DNA of 64,000 nucleotides. Source: an uncultured Clostridium sp. (lineage in GTDB: Bacteria; Bacillota; Clostridia; TANB77; CAG-508). A model generated the notes under the pieces. That model was not told where the DNA came from and searched no databases. It saw nothing but the letters and a program-made list of their open reading frames with translations. Below are positions 19,592 to 29,373 of this stretch, one piece after another (the stretch's first letter is position 1; every line of letters starts with the position of its first letter). Both the position numbers and the translations under genes were made by a program. Location: assembly GCA_947647595.1 (NCBI GenBank), contig CANSKZ010000004.1, forward strand, positions 71,541 through 135,540, written 5' to 3'.

Positions 19592-19999
19592 ATGGCAAAG
19601 AAAATATTTGGAATTTTTGCTATTTTAATCTTTTCTCTATGTTGTTCAGTTTGTTTTGCAAATGAAGATAACAATTCAAATGTAAATTTAGGAGAAGAAA
19701 TTACAGATTCAATTAACAAAGCAGGAGATAGTGTAAGAAATGTAGCAGATGATGTGATGAATGGAATAGACGGAAATCGAAATAATAACAATAATAATAA
19801 CACAAGAATTAATCGAAACAATAATCGAGATGATAACATTTATGCCAATGGATATAATGCAGTACGAACATCAGTAGACGAAATTGCAACAGGAAATATG
19901 TCTACAACAACATGGATTTGGATTATTTTAGCAGTAGCAGCAATTATCATTGTAGCAATGGTATGGTATTATGCAGTACAAAATAATAATGATGACTAA
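19592..19999 (+). CDS. Hypothetical secreted/membrane-anchored Asn-rich protein
   Basis: Signal-peptide-like N-terminus, a poly-Asn tract (NRNNNNNNNTRINRNNNRDDN) and a C-terminal TM helix; RBS GGAGG. Confidence 0.45.
   Translation: MAKKIFGIFAILIFSLCCSVCFANEDNNSNVNLGEEITDSINKAGDSVRNVADDVMNGIDGNRNNNNNNNTRINRNNNRDDNIYANGYNAVRTSVDEIATGNMSTTTWIWIILAVAAIIIVAMVWYYAVQNNNDD
19784..19835 (+). repeat. AAT/AAC codon simple repeat encoding poly-Asn
   Basis: aataataacaataataataacacaagaattaatcgaaacaataatcga lies within CDS 19592-19999. Confidence 0.4.
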
Positions 20000-20053
20000 A
20001 ATGACAAAAAATCACTAAGTTTTTAGTGATTTTTTGTGCTTCTAAAAAGAAAA

Positions 20054-20097
20054 GACCCACCCAAAGACAAGTTCGTCTTGTGGGGTGGGTAAAAAAA
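20054..20097. terminator. Bidirectional rho-independent terminator (long GC-rich hairpin between convergent genes)
   Basis: acccacccaaagacaag-ttcg-tcttgtggggtgggt followed by aaaaaaa, flanked by A/T runs. Confidence 0.7.
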
Positions 20098-21129
20098 TTA
20101 CATCAGTTTTTTTAAGAGCTCGGAATCTACTGGCTGTAAATCTTCTGGTGTTCGAGGAATTTCGGTATCTGAAACCTTGCTGATTGTTCGATTAATGAGC
20201 GTTAAACAATCCAAAAAGCCGTTGTTTTCGTTTGAGATACGTTTACTACCTTTTGATAACTGTAAAAGAAAATCCTTTAAAAAGTTTTGAATTAGTGAGT
20301 CTTTATATAAGTCATGACTCGCTTTTCCATATTCAGCTTCGTAATCCATTTCTCTAGTACGAATCTGAAATTCTACTGGAACACCTAAGATAAGTACTGT
20401 TATATGAATAGACTGGTACTTTTTTGCAGGTTTTGGTTTTTGAATATAATCCTTTTGTTCGATTACTTCAAAGCCTTTCTCTTCCAAAAATGCAATGAGA
20501 TGTGCTTGGAGTGTGTAACAGTATTTAATACGTTCCTTTTCAGAGCAAACCTTTGCTGTTTTATCGACAACTAAACGGAAACCATGAAAATCTTTCAAAG
20601 GATTTTTTTTCTCAATGGCGTTCAACATGTCTGTCAGATACCGCATGGCTTTGATAGTTTCTTGCTCAGAAAACGCTTTAAAATCATCAATTTTTTGGAA
20701 GCTGTTGATGATATTTTTTAATGTTTTTGTCATGACAAGTTTGTAAAGGATTTTTGCAGTAACACTCCGAAATCCTTTTTCTCTGCCTTTACAAAATAGA
20801 ACTAAAAAATCATTATAATACTCGACTTCGTCTAAGAACTCGTGCATCAGCGAGTTGAGAAAATTTTTTGTTTTGGTGTTTGTGTAATTTTGCAAGAATG
20901 TTAAGATGCTATTGGCATGGTATTTGTCTGATTGATGACCCTCAAGAGTAGAGGACGCATACAAGAGTCTGGCGTTTTCCCGGCAGATGCATTGCAGAGA
21001 TTCATTGTTATTCATTACATGTTCCAAAAAGCGATTTTTGTAATAAGTCGGAGAACAAATCTCCTGACAAAAATCATTGAAAAATTTTTCCACTACTTTG
21101 TCTACAATTTTTGTTACATTTGTTGCCAT
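20098..21129 (-). CDS. RelA/SpoT-homolog (RSH) synthetase-domain protein with an unrecognised ~200-aa N-terminal extension; contains an in-frame CGG (20641-20643) read as Arg
   Basis: C-terminal DYIQKPKPAKKYQSIHITVLILGVPVEFQIRTREMDYEAEYGKASHDLYK matches the (p)ppGpp synthetase / small-alarmone-synthetase nucleotidyltransferase motif. Start is at MATNVTK with RBS GAAAGGG. Confidence 0.6.
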   Translation of the reverse strand: MATNVTKIVDKVVEKFFNDFCQEICSPTYYKNRFLEHVMNNNESLQCICRENARLLYASSTLEGHQSDKYHANSILTFLQNYTNTKTKNFLNSLMHEFLDEVEYYNDFLVLFCKGREKGFRSVTAKILYKLVMTKTLKNIINSFQKIDDFKAFSEQETIKAMRYLTDMLNAIEKKNPLKDFHGFRLVVDKTAKVCSEKERIKYCYTLQAHLIAFLEEKGFEVIEQKDYIQKPKPAKKYQSIHITVLILGVPVEFQIRTREMDYEAEYGKASHDLYKDSLIQNFLKDFLLQLSKGSKRISNENNGFLDCLTLINRTISKVSDTEIPRTPEDLQPVDSELLKKLM

Positions 21130-21308
21130 AATATTTTCCCTTTCTTTTCTAGCCCGCATTGGGCGATATTTTTTATTTTCAATGTACATACTTACTCTCA
21201 TTATACCATATTTTACATAAAAAGTCAAACTGAACACAAAAATATGTTCGGTTGATAGTATAAAAAATCCTTTTTTGGGAAATACTACTTCAAAAAGGAG
21301 ATAAAAAA

Positions 21309-22712
21309 ATGGAAAATAATAATTCAATTTGGAAAAAAGAGGGACAGAATAATCGAAAATTTCGAACCTTAGAACAAAATATAGAAACCGATGTATGTGT
21401 GATTGGTGGTGGAATTGCTGGAATGTCGGTTGCTTATTATTTGGCGAAAGAGGGAAAAAAAGTAGCGGTTTTGGAAAAGGACAGAATTTGTTCTAAAACA
21501 AGTGGTGGTACAACAGGGAAAATTACCAGTCAACATCACTTATTTTATAATTATTTAATTCAATCGCAGAACAAGGATTTTGCAAAAAAATACTTAAAAG
21601 CAAACGAAGAAGCCATTCAAAATATCGAAGAAATTATCCAAACTGAAAAAATCGATTGCGATTTTGAACGAAAAAGTGCTTTTGTTTGGACAAAGAATTT
21701 GGATAAATTGCAAATGATAAAAGCCGAAGTAGATAGTGTCAAATCACTTGGCAAAAACCCTAAATTTACCAATGAAATTGAAATTTTGGGCAAAATTGAA
21801 GGTGCCATTGAATTTGAAAATCAAGCACAATTTCATCCTGTGAAATATGTCAATGGTTTGGCAAAATCGATTTTAGAAAATGGTGGAGAAATTTTTGAAA
21901 ATACAAAAGTGGTAGAGTATCAAAAAAGAGATAAGGAATTTACCATTTTGGCAGAAGCAGGAGGAAATACCAAGCAAGTAAAGGCGAAATATGTGGTGGT
22001 TTGTACAAGGTATCCGATTTTTAATGTGCCAGGATTTTATTTTTTAAAGATGTATCAAGAATTGGAATATGGAATTGCGATAAAAACAGATACGAAATTA
22101 AAGGGAATGTATGTGTCTGTTGAAGTTCCGACGATTTCGTTTCGTGATTATGAAGAAAACGGAGAAAACTATATTTTAATTGTAGGAAATGGTCATAAAA
22201 CAGGAGAAAAAACGGAAGAGAATGGATTTGAAGTCTTGGAAAATTTTGCGAAGACGTATTTCCCTGATAAAGAAATTGTGTATCGCTGGAATGCAGAAGA
22301 TACAATTGGTTTGGATAAAATTCCTTATATTGGAGAATATTCCGAAGTGCGAGAAAATATGTATGTAGCAACAGGTTTCAAAAAATGGGGGATGACAAGT
22401 TCCAATGTTGCAGCAAATTTGATTACTGATAAAATCATGGGGCGTAAAAGCCAATATGAGGAAATTTTCAATAGCACGAGATTAGAGGCAATTAAAAATC
22501 ATGAAGAAATGAAAAATATGCTAAAAGAAGTTGGCGAATCGGTGATTATGCCAAGATTAAAGGGTGAAAAAGGCAAGAAATATTGTGCCCATTTGGGATG
22601 TGAAGTAACGTGGAATGATGTGACAAAAACATGGGATTGTCCTTGCCATGGAAGTCGTTATGAGCCAGATGGAAAATTGGTTGAAGGACCAAGTGTTTAC
22701 GATTTGAATTAG
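21309..22712 (+). CDS. FAD-dependent oxidoreductase with a C-terminal Rieske [2Fe-2S] domain
   Basis: N-terminal GxGxxG (VCVIGGGIAGMSVA) and C-terminal CAHLGC...CPCHGSRY Rieske motif. Confidence 0.7.
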   Translation: MENNNSIWKKEGQNNRKFRTLEQNIETDVCVIGGGIAGMSVAYYLAKEGKKVAVLEKDRICSKTSGGTTGKITSQHHLFYNYLIQSQNKDFAKKYLKANEEAIQNIEEIIQTEKIDCDFERKSAFVWTKNLDKLQMIKAEVDSVKSLGKNPKFTNEIEILGKIEGAIEFENQAQFHPVKYVNGLAKSILENGGEIFENTKVVEYQKRDKEFTILAEAGGNTKQVKAKYVVVCTRYPIFNVPGFYFLKMYQELEYGIAIKTDTKLKGMYVSVEVPTISFRDYEENGENYILIVGNGHKTGEKTEENGFEVLENFAKTYFPDKEIVYRWNAEDTIGLDKIPYIGEYSEVRENMYVATGFKKWGMTSSNVAANLITDKIMGRKSQYEEIFNSTRLEAIKNHEEMKNMLKEVGESVIMPRLKGEKGKKYCAHLGCEVTWNDVTKTWDCPCHGSRYEPDGKLVEGPSVYDLN

Positions 22713-23569
22713 AGTGAAATTTCTTTGCCTTTTAAATAAGATAAAAATCCGCTATCGGTTGTAAAATTAAATTTTAATTGAAAACTACAAAGCATTTGTG
22801 TGGATTTTTTAAATTTTTTATTGATTTCATTTTTTCCATATTTTCCGTCTCCAATAATGGGATGTCCAATATGTGCCAAATGGGCGCGAATTTGATGCGT
22901 TTTTCCTGTGTGAAGAAGAATGTCCAGTTCGCTTGTATTATTGACTTTATTTTCTGAAAGAACGGTATATTCAGTGATAATTTTTACGTAATTTTTTTTC
23001 GGAACATCGGAAAGATAAACCAAACTTTTTTTGCTATCTTTAAAAAGATAGGCAGTTAAGATGTCGTGTTTTTTTGGAAAAGAACCAATAACAGTTGCTT
23101 TATAATGTTTTTCAATTTCGTGATTTTTAAACTTTTGGAGTAAAATTTGAAGTGCGATTTCATTTTTGGCATATAAAATCAACCCAGTTGTATTACGGTC
23201 TAGGCGATGACAAGGTTCTAAATTATTACCGAATTGATTTTTGACAAGGGTTGTAAACGTTGTTTCCGAATGCGCATTTTCGGTTATGGCGATACCAGAT
23301 GGTTTGTTTAAAACAAGAATATTCTCATCTTCGTAAACCACTTCTAGCAGATGGGAAAAACCGAAAAGCAACTCGTCTACGATAAAAATTGTGAGTTTGT
23401 CGTTTTCCTGAAGAAGCACATTTTCAGATATTCGTTTTCCATTTAAACGAATATCTTTTTGACGAAGTGCTTTGTATAACGTGTTTGGCTTTAAATTTGG
23501 AAAGGTATTTAACAAAAATGTATTTAATTTTTTTTGATGATATTTTTTGGTTACAATAATTTCTTTCAT
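22709..23569 (-). CDS. RluA-family (RluD-like) pseudouridine synthase
   Basis: S4-like N-terminal domain plus the catalytic HRLDRNTTGLILYAKN motif; start at MKEIIV is uncertain. Confidence 0.75.
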   Translation of the reverse strand: MKEIIVTKKYHQKKLNTFLLNTFPNLKPNTLYKALRQKDIRLNGKRISENVLLQENDKLTIFIVDELLFGFSHLLEVVYEDENILVLNKPSGIAITENAHSETTFTTLVKNQFGNNLEPCHRLDRNTTGLILYAKNEIALQILLQKFKNHEIEKHYKATVIGSFPKKHDILTAYLFKDSKKSLVYLSDVPKKNYVKIITEYTVLSENKVNNTSELDILLHTGKTHQIRAHLAHIGHPIIGDGKYGKNEINKKFKKSTQMLCSFQLKFNFTTDSGFLSYLKGKEISL

Positions 23570-23767
23570 AAAAATATTATAACGTGTGTAAGAAGAAAAA
23601 TCAAGCAATTGTGCAGTTCTCTTTCTTTTTTTAGAAATTTTTAGAAAACACTTGATTTTTTACAAATAGTATAGTAAAATAACAATAATACCACTTACTT
23701 AGTTTAAGGGAAAAAACCTACCTTAAACCCAGTTTGTGGCAAATAGAAAAAAATAGGAGGAATGAAG

Positions 23768-24037
23768 ATGACAAAGGAAAGAAAACAAGAAATCATCAAT
23801 ACTTATAAAAGAGAGGAAAACGATACTGGTTCACCAGAAGTTCAAATCGCTCTTTTAACAGAAAGAATTACAGAATTAACAGAACATTTAAAAATTCACC
23901 AAAAAGATAATCACTCTAGAAGAGGATTATTGAAAATGGTTGGTAAAAGAAGAAGTTTGTTAAAATATTTAGCAAAAAAAGATGTTAATCGTTACAGAGA
24001 AATATCTGAAAAATTGTCAATTAGAAAAACAATATAA
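23768..24037 (+). CDS. rpsO: 30S ribosomal protein S15
   Basis: [34 protein letters not shown]...[20 protein letters not shown] with a GGAGG RBS. Confidence 0.9.
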   Translation: MTKERKQEIINTYKREENDTGSPEVQIALLTERITELTEHLKIHQKDNHSRRGLLKMVGKRRSLLKYLAKKDVNRYREISEKLSIRKTI

Positions 24038-24045
24038 GAATAAAA

Positions 24046-24079
24046 AGCCTATTGCTTCAACAAGCAATAGGCTTTTTGA
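24046..24079 (+). terminator. Rho-independent terminator after rpsO
   Basis: agcctattgcttcaacaagcaataggct followed by ttttt. Confidence 0.7.
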
Positions 24080-24165
24080 TGGCATTGGTTTGACATATGT
24101 GAAAAAGTATATTATAATAACATAAATTTTATACCCAAAGAGGTACATAGAAGGAGGGAAACAAC

Positions 24166-25116
24166 TTGTTGTCAAACGAGAAAGAAAAGCGAGAGATTTT
24201 GATGCGGACTTATAAATCGCAAATGAAAGCTTTTGGCAAAACCAATTTTCAAAAGAAGTGGTTGGCAGGAGAATGTAGCGGAAAAGAAATTGTATTCTTT
24301 TTAGAAACAATGGAATTAGAAGAACAAATGGAATTCATTGAGAAAATGCCACACAGCGAATTGGCTAAAATAATTCCAATTAATCCAAGAAGAATTTTGA
24401 TGGATATTATAACAGAATTTTTAGAGGAAGAAATTTATTTGGGGGAAATAACGAGTTTATTTGAAACCATAGATTTGGAAGGAAAAAAATGTCTGATAAT
24501 AGCAATTTCAGAAGGAAAATTGGAAAAAATGATTTTGTTAAGGAATGTCAAATTTTTAAGAAATTTCGTGAGATTTTTGAATGATTTAAGTGATTCAAAA
24601 ACGTTTGGACTGGAGGAAGAGGAGATATTTCGGAAAATAGCAAAGTTATTACAAAATGAGAGAATTACGTCGCTACTTCTTCCTAAATTGAAAGGAAAAG
24701 TACTGCGGAATGTTCTGTGTATGATGCGAAATCAAGAGCAGGTTTTTTCTATATGTAATTTATTGGTAAAATGGAATAGAAAAGACCAAATTCTTAGTAT
24801 GTTTGAGGACAAATTGGAATTTAAAATGCGAGGGGGAGAAAAACTTTGTAATGAAATTTTGGATGATGCTTTGTTTAATTTTGAGCAAGAAGATCTTTTA
24901 GAATTTTACAAACGATGTTCAAAAATGGTAAAAATTGAATTTCTTGAGCGCACTTTTTTGGAAACTTCTCAAAATTTGTTCGCAAAACAGAAATTGAAAA
25001 TTGGCTTTAAAACGGTTCTTGAGACGTTGAGAGAAAGAGATGAAATATCTCCTTTAGAAAGTTTTTTTCTGGATAATTGTAAAGTAGATGAAAAAGAAAT
25101 CTATCGCCCACAGTAA
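24166..25116 (+). CDS. Hypothetical protein inserted between rpsO and pnp; contains three in-frame CGG codons (24205, 24631, 24706)
   Basis: 316-aa ORF with a TTG start after AGGAGGG; codon usage differs from its neighbours (CGG, CTG used); no recognisable domain. Confidence 0.45.
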   Translation: MLSNEKEKREILMRTYKSQMKAFGKTNFQKKWLAGECSGKEIVFFLETMELEEQMEFIEKMPHSELAKIIPINPRRILMDIITEFLEEEIYLGEITSLFETIDLEGKKCLIIAISEGKLEKMILLRNVKFLRNFVRFLNDLSDSKTFGLEEEEIFRKIAKLLQNERITSLLLPKLKGKVLRNVLCMMRNQEQVFSICNLLVKWNRKDQILSMFEDKLEFKMRGGEKLCNEILDDALFNFEQEDLLEFYKRCSKMVKIEFLERTFLETSQNLFAKQKLKIGFKTVLETLRERDEISPLESFFLDNCKVDEKEIYRPQ

Positions 25117-25132
25117 GGCGATAGATTTTTTT
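25100..25132 (+). terminator. Rho-independent terminator overlapping the stop codon of gene 24166-25116
   Basis: tctatcgcc-cacagtaa-ggcgataga followed by ttttttt. Confidence 0.65.
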
Positions 25133-25402
25133 GAATGAATTAGAAAGGGTTTGATTGGTGTGGAATTTTTATTTTCCATTTCTGTAAATTTTACTTGCTT
25201 TTTTGTAAATTATGTAGTAAAATAAAGTCAATTATTTATTTGAAATAGTAGCTTGTGCAAAGTTTAAAAATATGTGAGAAATTTTGGATAGCAAAATTTC
25301 ACTTGCTTGTAAAGAAAATGTTTAAGATAAAGTTTAGCATTTTAAACTTTGTAGAGGTTACCTTTCAAATGAATAGTGAAATATTATTTTAGGAGGTAAA
25401 AT

Positions 25403-27509
25403 ATGGAAGTAAAAAAATATTCCATGGATTTAGCAGGAAGAGAGTTGACCATTGAAACTGGAAAATATTGTGGTTTAGCAAATCGGAAGTGTAACAGTTC
25501 GCTATGGCGATACGGTGGTTTTAGTCAACGTAACAGCTTCAAAAGAACCAAAGGAAGGAATTGACTTTTTCCCATTATCGGTTGATTATGAAGAAAGATT
25601 GTATGCAGTTGGGAAAATTCCAGGTAGTTTTCAAAAAAGAGAAGGAAGACCAACGGAAAAAGCGATTTTAACGTCACGTGTGATTGATAGACCAATTCGT
25701 CCGTTATTTCCAAAAGATTTTAGAAATGATGTTGTGGTAAGTTGTTTGGTATTGTCAGTTGACCAAGATTGTTCACCAGAAATATGTAGTATGATTGGTT
25801 CATCTGCTGCACTTTCTATTTCGGATATTCCATTTGGTGGACCAACAGGTTCTGTAGCGGTTGGTTATGTGAATAACGAAATTATCATTAATCCAACGGA
25901 AAAACAAAGAGAAGAAAGTAGGCTAACTTTAACGGTTGCTGGAACGATGGACAAGATTGCAATGATTGAAGCAGGAGCAGACGAAATTCCAGATGATACA
26001 ATGCTAGAAGCCATTAAAAAAGCGCATGTTGAAATTAAGAAAATCTGTGAATTTATTTCAAAAATGAAAGCAGAAATTGGAAAACCAAAGTTTGAATATA
26101 CGCATTTTATAGTAGATGAGGAAATTTATAAAATTATTTCAGATGAATTTGGCAGTCGTATGAAAGCAGATGTTCAAACAGCGGACAAGCCAGAAAGAGA
26201 TGCAAAAATTGACCAATTTACAGTTGATGTAGAAAATTGGTATGCTGAAAAATTTGGGGAAGAAAAGTTAGAAGAAGATAAAAAAGCAATAGCAGATGCT
26301 ATTTATAAATTAGAGAAAAAGACAGTTCGTAAATTGATTTTGGAAGAACAAAAAAGAGTGGATGGCAGAGGAATTTATGATATTCGTCCGCTTTCTTGCG
26401 AAGTTGGTGTGCTTCCAAGAACGCATGGTAGTGCGGTATTTTCTCGTGGTAGAACACAAGTGATGTCAATTGTTACATTGGGAACAGCAAGCGAAGAACA
26501 AACTTTAGATGGATTGGATAATGAAGATTCTAAACGTTATATTCATCATTATAATTTCCCAGGTTATAGTGTAGGAGAGGCAAAAGCTTCTCGTGGACCA
26601 GGACGTCGTGAAGTTGGACATGGTGCTTTGGCAGAAAGAGCGCTTGTTCCAGTAATTCCAAGCAAAGAGGAATTTCCTTATACGATTCGTGTGGTGTCTG
26701 AAATTTTGAGTTCGAATGGTTCAACATCACAAGGAAGTATTTGTGGTTCGACTTTGGCTTTGATGGATGCTGGTGTTCCAATTAAAAAGCCAGTAGCAGG
26801 AATTTCAACAGGTTTGATAACTGATGAAGAAAATCCAGAGAATTATGTTGTAATCACGGATATTCAAGGAATTGAAGATTTCTTTGGAGATATGGATTTC
26901 AAAGTTGGCGGAACAAAAGATGGAATTACGGCGATCCAAGTGGATATTAAGGTTGATGGCTTATCCTATGAAGTGATTGAAGAAGCGTTTAGCAGAACGA
27001 AAAAAGCAAGAGCTTATATTTTAGATGAAATTATGTTAAAACAAATTGAGAAACCACGTGACCAAATTTCGGAATATGCACCAAGAATTATTAATATGAT
27101 GATTAATCCAGAAAAAATTCGTGATGTGATTGGAACTGGTGGAAAAGTGATTAATAAAATTATTGAGGAAACTGGCGTTAAAATTGATATTGAAGAAGAT
27201 GGAAGAATTTTCATTTATTCAAATTCAAATGAAGAAGCTGAGGCTGCGCAAATTATGATTGAAGAAATCACAAGAGAAATTGAGAAAGATGGAATTTATA
27301 CGGGAAAAGTAGTCAGAATTGCGACCTTTGGTGCGTTTATTGATTTAGGTGGCGGAAAAGAAGGATTACTTCATATTTCAAAGATTTCAAAAGAGCGTGT
27401 CAATAAAGTTGAAGATGTATTAAAAGTTGGTGAGGAAGTAACCGTTAAGGTAATTGAAATTGATGAACAGGGAAGAATTAATTTGAGTAAGAAGGATTTG
27501 TATGAATAA
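25403..27509 (+). CDS. pnp: Polyribonucleotide nucleotidyltransferase (PNPase); the N-terminus needs a -1 change near 25439-25441 and +1 changes at in-frame CGG 25483 and 25499
   Basis: AGGAGG RBS and ATG 25403 give MEVKKYSMDLAGR-S*, homologous to the PNPase N-terminus. Frame 1 continues ELTIETGKYCGLAN-R(CGG); +1 gives GSVTV-R(CGG); +1 gives GYGDTVVLVNVTASKEPKEGIDFFPL.... The 664-aa body has RNase PH, KH and S1 domains. Confidence 0.8.
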
Positions 27510-27522
27510 ATTGAAAAAAGGG

Positions 27523-27550
27523 TTGACAAAATCTGAAAATGATATATAAT
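27523..27550 (+). promoter_or_regulatory. Sigma-A-type promoter (TTGACA-N16-TATAAT) driving a ~80-nt transcript that ends at terminator 27606-27638
   Basis: Consensus hexamers directly after the pnp stop; no ORF before the terminator. Confidence 0.45.
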
Positions 27551-27605
27551 AAAAATATAAATGCATATGAAAAACGAAAATTTAGATTGCATAAAAAAAT
27601 TAAAA

Positions 27606-27638
27606 AACTGGTAGTGTGGCCACACTACCAGTTTTTTC
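27606..27638. terminator. Bidirectional rho-independent terminator (ctggtagtgtgg/ccacactaccag + T6, A6 on the left)
   Basis: Perfect 12-bp stem; shared by the plus-strand short transcript and minus-strand small ORF B. Confidence 0.65.
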
Positions 27639-27639
27639 C

Positions 27640-27771
27640 TTAGAAGTTTAAAATGTCTTTTACAAGTTTTATGATTTCAAGTAGTTTTTTGATTATGTTG
27701 ATAAAACTATGTAGTAGTTTTCTAAGTTTTTTCTTTTGTTTTGCCGAAAATTTAGATTTTTGCATATCCAT
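27640..27771 (-). CDS. Small lysine-rich peptide, paralog B (43 aa)
   Basis: RBS AAAGGGGGTGAT + ATG; MDMQKSKFSAKQKKKLRKLLHSFINIIKKLLEIIKLVKDILNF; the stop abuts the terminator; homologous to the ORF at 33699-33830. Confidence 0.45.
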   Translation of the reverse strand: MDMQKSKFSAKQKKKLRKLLHSFINIIKKLLEIIKLVKDILNF

Positions 27772-28083
27772 ATCACCCCCTTTCAATTGGGTTTTCTATA
27801 AAAATGCATTTTTTAATTTGGGAAAATTACTTTTGAATAAAAGTAATTCTGAAGTTAAATTTTCTGTATTATAGCATAGAATTTTTAAAATGTAAACAAA
27901 AATAAAAAAATATTTTTTGAAATTTTCCTACTAATTTTTTAATAAACTCATATAATAATTTTAAGAAGTAAAAATAAAATTTGTAAAAAAATGTTAAAAA
28001 GTATGAAAAATTACTTGAAATTTTATTTGGATATTGTTATAATTAATCTTGAGGATATATTTTTGTTATAAAAAGGAGAAAAA

Positions 28084-29310
28084 ATGAAGTATTTGTATAT
28101 ATTACAACAAGCTTTGATTTGGGTGATAACGATTTATTGGTTATATCAAATCGTGATAAGCTTTTGTTCCTTAATTAAATTAAAAGACAAAAAAATGATA
28201 ATCAATAAAAATCATAAATTTATGGCGATTATTCCTGCCCATAATGAAGAAGCAGTGGTTGCCAATTTAGTAGAAAGTTTGAAAGCGCAAGATTATCCAA
28301 AAGAATTATATGATATTTTTGTCATTGCAGATAATTGTACAGACGATACAGCAAACGTAGCAAAGCAAGCTGGTGCTATCGTTCTAAAAAGATTTAATGA
28401 TAGCCAAAAAACGAAAGGTTTTGCTTTAAACTGGTTTTTGAGACAGAAAATTAAAGAAAATGCGGATTATGATGCTTTTTGCGTATTTGATGCCGATAAT
28501 ATTGTTGATAAAAACTTCTTAAAAAATATGAATAAAAAATTATGCCAAGGCGAAGAAATCGTGCAAGGATATCGTGATATTAAAAATCCAACCGATTCTT
28601 GGATTGCTTCTGGATATGCGATTTTTTATTGGATGATGAACAAATTTTATCATTTGGCAAGATATAACTTAGGCTTATCGCCTTTAATCAATGGAACAGG
28701 ATTTATGGTGAAATTTGATGTGATAAAACCAAATGGTTGGGATACCATTACTTTAACAGAAGATATTGAATTTTCACTCATGAATATTGCTAAGGGAAGA
28801 AAATTAGGTTGGGCAACGGATAGCATTGTTTATGATGAACAGCCTGTTCATTTTGCACAGAGTTGGTCACAACGTTCTCGTTGGACAGTAGGGCATTTAC
28901 AATGCATGAAACATTACACAAAAGATTTAGCAAATGGCGTTAAGAAACATAAAACTTTAATGAATTTTGATGGCTTATTATACATGTTTGGTATTCCGAT
29001 GATGATTTTGACATTTTTATTATTAGGTGTAAATACTTTAATGTATGTTGGAAGTGAAATGGAATTTGCTGATTTGATTTGGAATTATGTAAGATATTTG
29101 GCAGCAACTTTTGTTTTACCAATCGGAACAGCAACAATTGTGATGCTTTTGGATAAAAGAGACATTAAATCGATGATAGTAGGTTTGCTATGTTATCCAT
29201 TATTCTTGGGTTCTTGGATTTTGATTAATATAAAATGTTTGATTAAACCAAATACAAAATGGGAAAAAATTGAACATGTTAGAGATGTTAAAATAAATGA
29301 TGTGGCATAA
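28084..29310 (+). CDS. Family-2 glycosyltransferase, processive membrane-embedded type (QxxRW)
   Basis: DxD-type motifs (IADNCTDDT, VFDADN), QRSRWTVGH, and flanking TM helices. Confidence 0.75.
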   Translation: MKYLYILQQALIWVITIYWLYQIVISFCSLIKLKDKKMIINKNHKFMAIIPAHNEEAVVANLVESLKAQDYPKELYDIFVIADNCTDDTANVAKQAGAIVLKRFNDSQKTKGFALNWFLRQKIKENADYDAFCVFDADNIVDKNFLKNMNKKLCQGEEIVQGYRDIKNPTDSWIASGYAIFYWMMNKFYHLARYNLGLSPLINGTGFMVKFDVIKPNGWDTITLTEDIEFSLMNIAKGRKLGWATDSIVYDEQPVHFAQSWSQRSRWTVGHLQCMKHYTKDLANGVKKHKTLMNFDGLLYMFGIPMMILTFLLLGVNTLMYVGSEMEFADLIWNYVRYLAATFVLPIGTATIVMLLDKRDIKSMIVGLLCYPLFLGSWILINIKCLIKPNTKWEKIEHVRDVKINDVA

Positions 29311-29373
29311 GGAAATAAAAACTGTTCATAAAAATATGAGCAGTTTTTCGGTTTTAAAAGAAAGGGAAATTAG

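Noticed and set aside
27558-27605. Tiny ORFs (6-16 codons) inside the plus-strand short transcripts, ending at the TAG within the ggTAG terminator arm
   Set aside because: They are not conserved in length, frame or sequence among the three loci.
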